64,000 nucleotides of DNA, taken from the IMG/VR virus record IMGVR_UViG_3300020469_003050, positions 62,001 to 126,000 of that record; one strand, written 5' to 3'. Each line of letters begins with the position of its first letter. The first letter of the stretch is position 1. Positions 38,995-49,928 of the stretch are shown here, piece by piece. The translations under genes were made by a program, and so were the position numbers. The notes under the pieces are model-generated. The model worked only from the letters and a program-made list of their open reading frames with translations, was not told the origin of the DNA and searched no databases.

Positions 38995-39793
38995 TCACTT
39001 TTTCCCAACTGTCTATCATAATATCTTCATAACTTTTGCCACCATACTGTCCGTGTACAATCATATGAACTCTTACTTCATCTGTATCATTCATCACTGC
39101 ATGTTGATGTCCCACATTCATCTTAATCATACGACCAGGTTTCCACGGAACATATGCATTATCGTCAATCATTTTAAAATAACAATGCTCGGGATTGTTT
39201 AATGATATATTCAATGGTCCTAACTTATTATGTTCATAATCATTATGAGGAGTAATGTATCCGCCTGGTTCTAAGTACATATAACGAACTCTATCGAATG
39301 ACATATAACCTGGAATAGACTTAATCATTTCTACTGTCTTAGGACATTTGTCTGCAATCTCTGTCCAATGATATGCTTCTCTCACTTCTTCTTCGCTTTT
39401 AAAATCAAAACCCATGGCTTTAACATCTTTACTATCCCAATGCTGAGATACATGTTTACCTAAACCATGTAATGTTAAACTACGCCAGCCTCTGTGTCCA
39501 TAATCATCTGGGTTACTTTCATCGTAATCATTTTTTCTATGTTGAATAGCTTCATTATACACTGCCATTGCTTCGCCCCAACATGCTTTCCAATCGAACT
39601 CAGGAACATCTAACTCTAACCAAGGGATGCCTGACTCGTGTGAAATCCATTTAGCTTTTCTGAATCTTGCTGACTCTGGAAACTTAGGCTCATTGAATAT
39701 TGCATCTATAAATGCACTAGGTACAGTATCAAAACTATAACTATTTCTATCTTTAAATACTTCTTCGATTATGTTTGGGTAATTAATTGTCAA
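38987..39793 (-). CDS. Asp/Asn beta-hydroxylase-like 2OG oxygenase
   Basis: LEPGGYITPHND, HAVMN and RVHMIVH. Confidence 0.8.
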   Translation of the reverse strand: MTINYPNIIEEVFKDRNSYSFDTVPSAFIDAIFNEPKFPESARFRKAKWISHESGIPWLELDVPEFDWKACWGEAMAVYNEAIQHRKNDYDESNPDDYGHRGWRSLTLHGLGKHVSQHWDSKDVKAMGFDFKSEEEVREAYHWTEIADKCPKTVEMIKSIPGYMSFDRVRYMYLEPGGYITPHNDYEHNKLGPLNISLNNPEHCYFKMIDDNAYVPWKPGRMIKMNVGHQHAVMNDTDEVRVHMIVHGQYGGKSYEDIMIDSWEKVND

Positions 39794-41330
39794 TGTCTAA
39801 CTCCTGCTGATTAACGTGAAACCCTGAATCTTCTAACTCTTTTAGTAATCTATCATCGAACTCTCCGTCCCAATCTTCACCATCTTCTGGTGTCCAATCT
39901 AAAAGAGGAGCCATCTCAGGAAACACATCTCTAAAATTTGTATCTCTTATACCGTCCATCTTATTGATATACTCAATAAACTCTGGCATACGTTGTCGTG
40001 ACCAGTCACCACTATTCATAAATGAAAGCATACCTCTTAGTCTTTTAATACCGTAGTTTGCATTTTTCCATTCATCATAGTTTGTGACACCATCACATTT
40101 TTCCCAGTTTGCATCAAGCCACTCAATAAACTTGTCATACTTTGCAACTGTCATTTCTTTGAACCACTTAGGTAAAACTTTAACATTTAAATGAGGTGGG
40201 TGATAAACAAAGTGATAGTTAATCATACCTGCACCTAGTGGCCATAAGTTAATCTTTTTAAAATTCTGTTCAATCTTCCACTTAACAAAGTCAGGAAGAT
40301 AATATATGTTAAGAGCCTGAACTGCACAAGCAACTGTAACTTCTACGTTAGGTCCTGTGTTATCTAATAAATGAAATTGTCTTACTGTGTGTTCCCATTC
40401 ACTTGGAAAACGTATGTAATCATTCATAAGACCTATACTGTCTACGCTATAATGGAAACGTACACGCTTGAATTGTTTCCACAAGTCAAATAAACGTTGT
40501 GGCATTTCTAAACCATTTGAGTTATATCTTAATTCAATACCGGGAGCATATCCTCTTTCTACAACTTCTTCAAGTAAAGTATAATGTTCTTCAATGATTG
40601 TAGCTTCCCCACCAGCAAAGTATAACTGTTTCATATGTGGGATTTGGTCATACAACTGATCCCAAAATGCATCATTCTTTTTATGCCAGTTATATGTTGC
40701 ACCATCTATCTGACCTTTGTTACCCCATTGCATAGTTTCTTTTAATGATTCGTTTTCAATCTGTGGATGTAATTTAATCCAATCTTTAACCCACATTGAA
40801 CTGTCATGAGGAGAACACATAATACATTTAAGATTACATTTAGAACCTAAACGCAAGTCTAAGTATCTAATCTTTGGAGGGATTGCACCGTCTTCTGTTG
40901 TCTCATCAAGTATCTCTTTCATATCAACTCTACGAGACCAGTACTCTGTTTCCCAATATCTTTTTGACATATGACCTGCATCTTCCTCTTTGTAACATTT
41001 CATACAACTAGGAGGCATTTCGTTATTAAGCATTTGCTTTCTAACATTCTTCATATAATCATTATTCCAACTTGACATCAAGTCACTATGATTTAAGTTT
41101 GAAGGTTTACCATCAGCATTTTTTAGAACACCTACTTCTCCGCCGTGTTCTTTATCATTTGTAGGACCAACTGAACTTGCATTTGCCGTACAACATACAC
41201 GCATATGTCCATTAGGTCTTGTACTTAAATGAACCCACGGTAACAAACAAAATGTTTTTGTAGGTGCACCTGTTCTTCGAACAAATTCGTTTAAGTTTTT
41301 CTCTAATTCTGGATTGTTTTTCTTGGACAT
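39783..41330 (-). CDS. Radical SAM protein with N-terminal Twitch-like domain (class A)
   Basis: FCLLPW..RVCC..CMKC; CNLKCIMC; AGGEA. Confidence 0.9.
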   Translation of the reverse strand: MSKKNNPELEKNLNEFVRRTGAPTKTFCLLPWVHLSTRPNGHMRVCCTANASSVGPTNDKEHGGEVGVLKNADGKPSNLNHSDLMSSWNNDYMKNVRKQMLNNEMPPSCMKCYKEEDAGHMSKRYWETEYWSRRVDMKEILDETTEDGAIPPKIRYLDLRLGSKCNLKCIMCSPHDSSMWVKDWIKLHPQIENESLKETMQWGNKGQIDGATYNWHKKNDAFWDQLYDQIPHMKQLYFAGGEATIIEEHYTLLEEVVERGYAPGIELRYNSNGLEMPQRLFDLWKQFKRVRFHYSVDSIGLMNDYIRFPSEWEHTVRQFHLLDNTGPNVEVTVACAVQALNIYYLPDFVKWKIEQNFKKINLWPLGAGMINYHFVYHPPHLNVKVLPKWFKEMTVAKYDKFIEWLDANWEKCDGVTNYDEWKNANYGIKRLRGMLSFMNSGDWSRQRMPEFIEYINKMDGIRDTNFRDVFPEMAPLLDWTPEDGEDWDGEFDDRLLKELEDSGFHVNQQELDIDN

Positions 41331-41337
41331 ACTGTAT

Positions 41338-42408
41338 TTATTTCACCTTAATTTTCGTTACTTCTGTGTCCGATACACAACTGCACCAAGTTTGTGGGCA
41401 TATTAATCCATCTGTAGGAAAGTCTATTTCATCTGGTTTGTTTATATGTCCATGAACTAGTTTAGTAAAACAACTGTTACCACTTGTTATAGTTCCATTT
41501 AATTGAACAACTAATGCTTCAATTCCTATCATACACTTCCAGCCTTTCCACGTATTGTGTCCTTGTTCCATAATATGATTTGGGTTATTGAATACTACTG
41601 ATTTGCCTGTCTTAGTATTAAGATAACGCATTTGTTTACCCATACTTTTTCTAAGGAACTTTCTTTTTGCTACAAGATGTACTGCTTCTTTTGAATCACT
41701 TTGTTCTATATCTTGCCAATGCTTTGGTTGTCCATCATATCTACGCAATATTTCAAACGCACCTTCTGGATATACAAACGTATTGTTACTGCCTAATGTT
41801 TCTTGTAATGCTTTTGAATTATGCGTTATACATTTAGAATTCTCATGGTAATACTTTGCCGCTTCAATACATCTATCAAGTAACGGAGGATATATAGCTG
41901 ACTGAATAGAACATATTGTTCCCTTATCCATAAGTATGTTTGATACATCTGTTACATGTTTATAATCTGCACTTTGTGGATGATAACTTATAATAACTTC
42001 ATCAAATATATTTGCATTCTTCTCCCACCAGCGTAGGGTTCTTGAACCATTGGTCAATATTCTCACGCTGGAACTTGAGTCATATTCTTTCATTTTATGA
42101 AATACCTCTGAGAACTTAGGCCATACTGTTGGTTCGCCACCTAATAAGTTCCATAGTATTCTTTTACCTGGTGCATACTTTCTGTAATGGTCTGTTAATC
42201 TTTTTGTAAACTCTAATACTACATCAACTTCTGGCCAAGGAGTTGAACCATCATGAAACTCCTCATCACAATAAGTACAGGCATAATTACAGGTATTACC
42301 CATCATCCAATCAACTACGATATAATCATTACCAACTATAGGTTCGTATCTATCATATTGACTATGATACGAATCATTGGCTTTATATCTTAGTTTTAAT
42401 TCAGCCAT
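41338..42408 (-). CDS. Radical SAM protein (class C)
   Basis: WMMGNTCNYACTYC, GGEPT and WKCMIG...CPQTWCSC. Confidence 0.9.
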   Translation of the reverse strand: MAELKLRYKANDSYHSQYDRYEPIVGNDYIVVDWMMGNTCNYACTYCDEEFHDGSTPWPEVDVVLEFTKRLTDHYRKYAPGKRILWNLLGGEPTVWPKFSEVFHKMKEYDSSSSVRILTNGSRTLRWWEKNANIFDEVIISYHPQSADYKHVTDVSNILMDKGTICSIQSAIYPPLLDRCIEAAKYYHENSKCITHNSKALQETLGSNNTFVYPEGAFEILRRYDGQPKHWQDIEQSDSKEAVHLVAKRKFLRKSMGKQMRYLNTKTGKSVVFNNPNHIMEQGHNTWKGWKCMIGIEALVVQLNGTITSGNSCFTKLVHGHINKPDEIDFPTDGLICPQTWCSCVSDTEVTKIKVK

Positions 42409-43499
42409 TACTTGAACTGCTCCGCAAATGCATCGAACTCTTTACCACATTTCTGTGAACATACCATTGGTTTCCCTGCATGTACATTTGGTTGTTTCCA
42501 ACTATCTACTAATCTATGAGAAAAGTATTCATTGTTTAATACATATTCTATTCCATGTCTCTTAGCATCAAATTCATCTTTACCACCTGACTGTTGTAGA
42601 AGTTCCCATACTTGATTTTCTCCTGGCTTCTGCCACCACTTATACATATTACCAGCTACCCAACAACATGGAAGAATTAATCCTTCTGCACTAATATACA
42701 TATTCTTTTCAGCCGCAACTTTACAACTGATTTGTACATTATCAAAATACTTTTCTAATGAACCATGCTTGTTTGTAATTTCTTTAATCTTATCTAGTGC
42801 TTTATTCTGATACTTAACTTCCTTTGGTTGTTGTAGTAATTGTGTTTCAGCACCTTTTCTATTCTTTGCTTGATGTTCATCTTTCTTAACTTGTTTCATT
42901 GTAGAAAAGAAACGACCTGTCTTTTTAGGTATGAACTTTTTAAAGCCTGTTTTCTCTGCTAATGCTCTAGCCTCTTCTACTTGATGTTCATTGTGTTCAA
43001 AGATTAAGTAATCCCAATGTGCTTTACCACCTGCCTCAATAAACGCTACCGCATTTTCCCACGCTATATCCCAATTAACATTCTGTCTATATAAATGATT
43101 TGTATCTTTCAGTCCATCAAATCCAAACTTAACATAACTCCAGTTACCTAATGTCTTTGCTAATTCTCTCCACCACTCTGGTTTCTTCGCACCAGCGTTG
43201 GTATTCATTCCCAGCGTTAACTCCCGTTTCTGTGAACGAAAGTATTGCATGACTTCTAATGTATCTTTAGCAACAATAGGATCACCAAAGTTACCACACA
43301 TATAAATTCTTTCTAACTGCTTTACAAACTCTGGAGGCATCATCTCCTGAATATCTTGTAATGATAATTCATGCATACCAAGATTAGGATTATCTTTACC
43401 ACCATGTACGTTTCTATCGCACATAGGACAAGCGGCTTGACACTTTTCAGTTATTTCCAAGTGTATTGCTCTTACTTCATCATATTTGTAAATCATCAT
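42408..43499 (-). CDS. Radical SAM protein with C-terminal SPASM-like domain (class B)
   Basis: CQAACPMC, GNFGDP and PCCW...CSQKCG. Confidence 0.9.
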   Translation of the reverse strand: MMIYKYDEVRAIHLEITEKCQAACPMCDRNVHGGKDNPNLGMHELSLQDIQEMMPPEFVKQLERIYMCGNFGDPIVAKDTLEVMQYFRSQKRELTLGMNTNAGAKKPEWWRELAKTLGNWSYVKFGFDGLKDTNHLYRQNVNWDIAWENAVAFIEAGGKAHWDYLIFEHNEHQVEEARALAEKTGFKKFIPKKTGRFFSTMKQVKKDEHQAKNRKGAETQLLQQPKEVKYQNKALDKIKEITNKHGSLEKYFDNVQISCKVAAEKNMYISAEGLILPCCWVAGNMYKWWQKPGENQVWELLQQSGGKDEFDAKRHGIEYVLNNEYFSHRLVDSWKQPNVHAGKPMVCSQKCGKEFDAFAEQFK

Positions 43500-44775
43500 A
43501 GTCCTTTTTTATGATTTCATATATTTCTGGTATGTAATCTTTTATGTGTTGATTTCTTACTTTATCAAATCTCTTTGTTGCTCTTGCTAGATGTATAGGA
43601 TTATATTGTTCCTTGTCATTCAACATTTGATATAATGCAGGAATAACTCTATATGAATATCTGTTCTCCCATGGTTCAATCTCTTTTATTAACGAATAAA
43701 TGTATGGAGTACGAATATCTACTGGGATATTTCTTATTGAAGACCACTCTGGTGTTCTAAGAATCTCTGGTCTCATAGTTATACCTATACTTTGTGCCCA
43801 CTTAATCGTATCAAGCAAATTAAATAAATTATATGCTTGCCATGTAAAACTTATTTCACTTACCGCATGTGGATGTTTTTGTGCTATTTCATGATATAAT
43901 CTAATTGTTTTGTCTATCGTTTTAAATTTAACTGGTGTTCTGATATATTCAACTACTGATTCAGTTCCATCAATACTATAATTGAATGATACGTTATTAA
44001 ACTTTGCTAATTTATCAACAAATCTTCTATTATTATTTGTACAGTTTGTAGTAAAATGTAATGGAACATTAAGATATTTCTTATCAATTAATATATCTAA
44101 GAACTTATCAACTTCTGGCATAATAGTGGGTTCTCCGCCTAAGAACTTAATTCTATTTCCTTTGTCTGCCGCTTCTAATAAAAATTCTATATTATGCTCA
44201 TTTGCTAAAACATCTGACCTTATTATCTTTCCATGACCTAAAATAGGACGTAATAATTCTTGATTATCTTGTACTTCTTTTTCTATTTGTGAACTTGATA
44301 TAGGTCCGCACATTCTACATTTTAAATTACATAAGTTGCCTGGTCTAACGTCAATATCTATTGGTGCATTCCATTGATTACCTGTTTCTATATTTGGTTC
44401 AATCTTTGTACTGTACATAGTATTGAAATTAATTCTATCACTTCTACCACCTGCACTTTCTAAGTTATAACATTTAACACAAACATCTGGTTGTTCATTA
44501 CGCAAGAATTTCTTTCTGAACTCTTTGTAATAATCATTACTCCAACGTTTCTTTAAATCTAATTCAGTATCATCTTCTACTACATTGTACTCGGTTGACA
44601 TACAACAAACTCTTTGCCCTTCATTACTGTGAACATACATATGTGCAAATGGTGCCGCACAAAAGTTACTTGTATCGGCTTTGCCATTTTGGTGTTCCTT
44701 CAACAATTCTTTAAAAGCCTCTCTTGCTTTTATTTTCTCTTTGTCTATATAACCTCTGACTTGAGCATTTTTCAC
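43480..44775 (-). CDS. Radical SAM protein with N-terminal Twitch-like domain (class A)
   Basis: FCAAPF..RVCC..CVKC; CNLKCRMC; GGEPT. Confidence 0.9.
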   Translation of the reverse strand: MKNAQVRGYIDKEKIKAREAFKELLKEHQNGKADTSNFCAAPFAHMYVHSNEGQRVCCMSTEYNVVEDDTELDLKKRWSNDYYKEFRKKFLRNEQPDVCVKCYNLESAGGRSDRINFNTMYSTKIEPNIETGNQWNAPIDIDVRPGNLCNLKCRMCGPISSSQIEKEVQDNQELLRPILGHGKIIRSDVLANEHNIEFLLEAADKGNRIKFLGGEPTIMPEVDKFLDILIDKKYLNVPLHFTTNCTNNNRRFVDKLAKFNNVSFNYSIDGTESVVEYIRTPVKFKTIDKTIRLYHEIAQKHPHAVSEISFTWQAYNLFNLLDTIKWAQSIGITMRPEILRTPEWSSIRNIPVDIRTPYIYSLIKEIEPWENRYSYRVIPALYQMLNDKEQYNPIHLARATKRFDKVRNQHIKDYIPEIYEIIKKDYDDLQI

Positions 44776-46188
44776 TTATTTCTCTCCGATAATCATATAC
44801 CGGTTGTAATGCTCCAATTCTAGTGTCCCAGTGAATATATTTTTAGATAGTTTCAACTCTTTAGCCCAACTATCAACATCTGTTTTAGTATTAACAACTG
44901 TTTCATCTTCATGTTCAATAAAATCATTATTCTGTAATATCACTAGTGTACCCTTTGGAATAGCATTCCACCATTTGTCAAACTCTGCAATATGTTCGCA
45001 ACTTGTATTGATTACACATGTTGGATGACCAATAGTATGTGTTGTATCCATGACTTCGAACTTAACTGCATCACTGTATTTATAATGTTTTATTGGCAGT
45101 GTTTCCTCAGAAAACTTCAATTCTGCTATATCTTTTACGAATGATTTGAACTTCATATTGTCAATTATATACTCTTTATTGAGTGTATCTGCTGGATTAT
45201 CTGTAGTAGGATCACTATCAAAGCTATAGATATTACCTTCAATCTTGCATCTTTCAAACAATAATGCTGGTAAAACTCCATACCAACCTGCACAAGTGTA
45301 AATAGTTTTACCTAAGTTTATATCATAATTATTCACAATGTCAATTAACCACAGTTTAGACTGTAACTGTCCTCTACTAAATGCATCAGTCAACGCTTGA
45401 CCTTCAAATCTTTTAGTCATTTTCTTCATATTCATAGGAATACTATACTTGCCTTCAGTAAGAGTGTGAACTAATTCAAATACTTTTGTTTTAAATATTG
45501 TTGCACTTTTTACGTTAGCAATATCTTCATTAGATTCATCAAAACCCTGAATAACTTTAAATAATAAATATAAGTCTGGATCAGTATCAACTGCAATAAT
45601 ATTTTTTAATGCACTTAATATTTCATCATCAGGGTATTCAATATTCATTATTACTCTGAATAATAATTCTGTTTGTGATTTAATAAAATTATGATTACCA
45701 CAAACATTTTTTAATGCACCTAATCCTTCTTCATCATCTATTATTTTTTCTAGTACATTAAATAATAAAAATACTAAGTCTCTATCAAACTCACCACCTT
45801 CCGCACAAATAGTATTTTTTAAATCATCTAATGTATCTGCATTGTCTGGATACATTCCATTCAAAACTCTAAACACAAGATACATTGATTTTCTATCAAT
45901 AGTTTCACATGCCATAAAGTTTCTTAATGCGTCCAATGAATCATCGTTTTGAGATATTTTGTCTAACACTTTAAACAGGACGAATGTGTTATCACAAACT
46001 TGTCTCTCATAAACGAGATTCATTAGAGCATTCATATTCGCTCTATGTTTCTTACCTAAGAAGTAAGAGCATAAAGTAAATATACTACTGAGTTCCTCAG
46101 TATTAACAACTCTTTCTAATTCAGATAGCATAGGTCTACTATTCCCATAAAGGAGATTTAATCTATCTGCAATTTCATACGGCTTCAT
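44776..46188 (-). CDS. Helical-repeat protein fused to SAM-dependent methyltransferase-like domain
   Basis: About 6 LFxV...L.ALKN repeats; DAFSRGQLQSKLWL, CAGWYG, SFDSD and INTSCEH. Confidence 0.6.
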   Translation of the reverse strand: MKPYEIADRLNLLYGNSRPMLSELERVVNTEELSSIFTLCSYFLGKKHRANMNALMNLVYERQVCDNTFVLFKVLDKISQNDDSLDALRNFMACETIDRKSMYLVFRVLNGMYPDNADTLDDLKNTICAEGGEFDRDLVFLLFNVLEKIIDDEEGLGALKNVCGNHNFIKSQTELLFRVIMNIEYPDDEILSALKNIIAVDTDPDLYLLFKVIQGFDESNEDIANVKSATIFKTKVFELVHTLTEGKYSIPMNMKKMTKRFEGQALTDAFSRGQLQSKLWLIDIVNNYDINLGKTIYTCAGWYGVLPALLFERCKIEGNIYSFDSDPTTDNPADTLNKEYIIDNMKFKSFVKDIAELKFSEETLPIKHYKYSDAVKFEVMDTTHTIGHPTCVINTSCEHIAEFDKWWNAIPKGTLVILQNNDFIEHEDETVVNTKTDVDSWAKELKLSKNIFTGTLELEHYNRYMIIGEK

Positions 46189-47132
46189 TACTTAAGCCCC
46201 ATTTTCAAAAAGAATTGTTTCGATCCAACTGTAATCACTCCACTGTACTGTTCGTATGACATTGGAAATCTTAAGTTGAAATTTTGTGAACTAGGAAAAG
46301 GTCTAGGGACATCTCCTGTTTCGCCAACTAATACCACTCTTTTAGTGTCTGGTATCATATCATACCAATCCTGGAAATTGGTTAGATAACTTACACTGCA
46401 ATTAATGATAGTACCTGGGATCTCATTGTATGGAGTAGATAATTTTCCATCAGCTAAACGTGTTTGAAACTCATTTTCTATATAATTAACCTCAAACAAA
46501 TCTTGCGTATTTGATTTAAATTTCCAATCCTGCAATAATTCTTTTTTGTGAAATTCATCTGCTAAGAACTGACACGTACCATTAATATCGAATGAACGAA
46601 TATTCTCAAATCGCATCTTAGTATCTAAGAGCATAGAACCTAATAATCCCATACCCCCTCCTAATAGATAAACAACACCAATATATTTCTGACCATATAC
46701 GTAAATCATTTGTTGTACAATCCAACTATACAGTTTTGCATTATCTTTATTTGCAAATGTACTCATATCTACGTTAGGATAGTTATATATTATTTCTTTA
46801 AATCTATCGACAATAGTATCATTGTCTGTTAAATTAACGTGTGCTAAGAATTCCATTGCACATCGATAATTATGTAATTGCTGACTTACGTTCTCTAAAG
46901 AATATTCAACTGCCATTTTCTGATAGTCGTATTCTTTTACAAGTAAGTCACGCCTTCTTTTAGTCTTTCTGTTAGGCTTTTCTGTTATTTCAATAGTTTC
47001 ATTTTTAGGAATATCAGGTAATTCTTCTGAACTTATATCTACTGACGGATCTTTACTGTCGTAAAGGTCATCTGACTTTGTAATTTTACTTTTGTCAAAC
47101 CTAGCCTTTCTTCTTTCTTTTATATTACTCAT
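46188..47132 (-). CDS. Methyltransferase-like paralog
   Basis: LGGGMG, RSFDIN and INCSVSY, aligning by eye with the neighbour's C-terminal domain. Confidence 0.5.
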   Translation of the reverse strand: MSNIKERRKARFDKSKITKSDDLYDSKDPSVDISSEELPDIPKNETIEITEKPNRKTKRRRDLLVKEYDYQKMAVEYSLENVSQQLHNYRCAMEFLAHVNLTDNDTIVDRFKEIIYNYPNVDMSTFANKDNAKLYSWIVQQMIYVYGQKYIGVVYLLGGGMGLLGSMLLDTKMRFENIRSFDINGTCQFLADEFHKKELLQDWKFKSNTQDLFEVNYIENEFQTRLADGKLSTPYNEIPGTIINCSVSYLTNFQDWYDMIPDTKRVVLVGETGDVPRPFPSSQNFNLRFPMSYEQYSGVITVGSKQFFLKMGLK

Positions 47133-49902
47133 TGTTAAAGTCCTGTTTAAATTGAGAATTTAACCAATCATAGTCATTGATTAATCCTAGTTTTTCTGGG
47201 TTGTCTGCGTTCTCACTACCAAACTTTCTGCCAGCGTTTGCTCCTGCAACTGAATACTTACCATACTTTGCATTATCATCAGATACAGTACACCAAGTAT
47301 CTAATCGTTCTTTATCCTCATCTGCTTTGAGATTATGAATAATACCTGAACTCAACTTAGTACACTCTCTGAAAGCAGACTTCCAGGTGTCGTATGGGTT
47401 AGTATTAAATGCGGTGTAGTTAGCAACTACAGGCATAGGTTTAAACTTTTCTGAAATTGATGTAGTAAAGTCAATGTTCCAATCTTTCGCATCACGTAAT
47501 AATTGTGTTGGAAATAATTTAAGTCCACCGAAACCATATATTAATCCATTGATAGGATTTTTAGACTTCCAAACATGAACTGCATCTTCGTCCCACACTG
47601 TAGGAAAGTATTCGAACTTAAATTCATCTAATAATATTGCATCTGCATCAAGTACATAAAACATTTTCGTATCTGCAACTTCGGCCGCACGTTTATGAGC
47701 ATTAAAGATACCTTTAACTCCGTGAACTCGTTTTGCATTTGGTACACGTGAAAGTAATTTAGCATAGTTTTCTTCTGCTTCTTTTTCACGATAGGAAAGA
47801 AACACTACATCAAAGGGTATATCGGCTGATGATGGCGTCTTCGATTTGACTGGCTTTTTATTCTTAAAATTCATCTTACGAATTTTATCATCATCCGGCT
47901 TCAATTCTTTTAGAGCGGCAGTGGGTATAAGGCTCAGTCCACCATATTGATGAACGTAACCAGTGTAGGGATTAGACTTAGGCCATACATGAAAATGTGA
48001 TTTATGGTGTCTGTCTACATAGAATGTTCTACTGAAATCTTCTGTTAATTCTACATCATTATTGATAGCCCAAAAATAACCTGACTTGGTCATCTTCGTT
48101 GCTCTCATATATGCTTTTGCAAGACCTTTACTTGCATCAATTACATCGATATTCTCATGGTCGTTAAAGTACTTGGCATGTTCTTTATACATACCTTCAT
48201 CGAAATAAAATGCAGGATGTCCTACAACTCTACTCGCAACTTCATCAACTCTGATAATATTTTTAAATCTATCGAATGAGAAGTCTTGCTCAGTTAGTTT
48301 AAACTTATCTAAGTGAGGTCTATGAACTAAATATACTCCAGCCTCTTTGCCTTCTTCACTTTTAAATGCAAATACATTTTCGATAGAAAAGATATCGGGA
48401 TAGTAATCAAATTGAAAATCATCTAACAACTCTACCGCGGTATCTATTACCCAATAAAACACTCTACCCTTTGACTGCTTATATGCTTTGAAAGGATCAC
48501 GTGTAAAATACTTTTTAATATTATGTTTATCTGGTATTCTCATACCATAACTATCATGCAGATTTACATTATCTGGATGATAATCTTTATTACTGAATGC
48601 TAATCCACCATGACCTAAATCTTTACCTGTTCTTGCACGTTGTCTCCATATATGTGTTGGACCCAAGTTATATAAATCAGGATAAAAATCATCAATCATT
48701 GGATTAATTAATTTTAAATCTGGATTGACCATCCAGAAAGTATATTCTTTTGCAAGTTTAACTGCTTCTTCAACTGTTCTTGCTTCAACTATTTCTATTT
48801 CTTTTAATCTACCTACAATTAAATCAATATCTTTTTGTTGTTCTTCATCAGGTTTATGAGGAACAAGTCGTACACCGTTACGCACAGGCATACCAGTTGA
48901 TGTATTAACTTTAAAATTATGAATTTTATCTCTATCGTAAATAAATGGATAGAAATTAATATCAAATTCTTCTACATCATCATGAATTAACCAATACATA
49001 TCTGTATCAACTTCGTGACTTAAATCATGCATGTCTTTTGTTCTAATTACAGGAAACTCTAAATCTTTACACATAGCATCTTTTTCATAGACTGCTTTCT
49101 TTTTAAAGTTAAATATTTCGTAATCTTTTTCTTTAAACATAGGACCTTCTTTAGGAAATAATCCTAGTCCATGATATTCACGTGTTAAATTAGTTATTGG
49201 ATTTTGTTTCTGCCATACAACTACTTTTTGTTTCTCTTTATCTAAGCCAAACGCAAAAGAATAATCAAATTCGAATTTATTAAATATTTCTGTATTAGGA
49301 TGAATTAAATAATAAAAATCAGTACGAGTCATTTCTCTGCACTTAGTATGCACATCAACATTATTATCGCCAGTAACTGTTTTTATTTCAGGAAAGCGTT
49401 GTTTTAATCTTTTTAAATTAACTTTACCGTAGTCTTTTTCCCAATAAAATATTTCATATGTTTCTGTTGTTGGTTTATATTTTACGAATTGTTTGGTATC
49501 ATGCTCTTTGAACTCTCCAGTCAAATAATAAGCATCTTTGATATGTTCTTCTGATTGTTTTAATACTTCGCTAGTCTTAAATAATTTGACACCAACAACT
49601 GAACGCCATGAATTTCTTTCATCAGCATTCCAGACATGAGTTATATTTTCATCCCATTCATTGGTCTGAAAGTCATAATCAAAATGTGGATTGACTTCGA
49701 CATCTGGATCAATAACCCAGAAGTGTTTAGTATTAGCAACGGTACCAATTTTCTTGATTGCTGACGTTAACTTAGGGTCATTCCAATCTTCTAAATTGAT
49801 TTTAACCATACGAAAATTAGGGTACTTTTCTTTTATTCTATCGTACCTTTCGTTGGTCTCTCTATCGTTCTTATATGTTAGAAAAAATCCATCGTAAGCC
49901 AT
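47125..49902 (-). CDS. Multi-repeat GT-A glycosyltransferase-like protein
   Basis: Seven ~120-aa repeats; the last has GVKGIFNAH..FYVLDAD (DxD). Confidence 0.65.
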   Translation of the reverse strand: MAYDGFFLTYKNDRETNERYDRIKEKYPNFRMVKINLEDWNDPKLTSAIKKIGTVANTKHFWVIDPDVEVNPHFDYDFQTNEWDENITHVWNADERNSWRSVVGVKLFKTSEVLKQSEEHIKDAYYLTGEFKEHDTKQFVKYKPTTETYEIFYWEKDYGKVNLKRLKQRFPEIKTVTGDNNVDVHTKCREMTRTDFYYLIHPNTEIFNKFEFDYSFAFGLDKEKQKVVVWQKQNPITNLTREYHGLGLFPKEGPMFKEKDYEIFNFKKKAVYEKDAMCKDLEFPVIRTKDMHDLSHEVDTDMYWLIHDDVEEFDINFYPFIYDRDKIHNFKVNTSTGMPVRNGVRLVPHKPDEEQQKDIDLIVGRLKEIEIVEARTVEEAVKLAKEYTFWMVNPDLKLINPMIDDFYPDLYNLGPTHIWRQRARTGKDLGHGGLAFSNKDYHPDNVNLHDSYGMRIPDKHNIKKYFTRDPFKAYKQSKGRVFYWVIDTAVELLDDFQFDYYPDIFSIENVFAFKSEEGKEAGVYLVHRPHLDKFKLTEQDFSFDRFKNIIRVDEVASRVVGHPAFYFDEGMYKEHAKYFNDHENIDVIDASKGLAKAYMRATKMTKSGYFWAINNDVELTEDFSRTFYVDRHHKSHFHVWPKSNPYTGYVHQYGGLSLIPTAALKELKPDDDKIRKMNFKNKKPVKSKTPSSADIPFDVVFLSYREKEAEENYAKLLSRVPNAKRVHGVKGIFNAHKRAAEVADTKMFYVLDADAILLDEFKFEYFPTVWDEDAVHVWKSKNPINGLIYGFGGLKLFPTQLLRDAKDWNIDFTTSISEKFKPMPVVANYTAFNTNPYDTWKSAFRECTKLSSGIIHNLKADEDKERLDTWCTVSDDNAKYGKYSVAGANAGRKFGSENADNPEKLGLINDYDWLNSQFKQDFNNE

Positions 49903-49928
49903 TGTTGTCCTGTCAAATTCATACTAGT

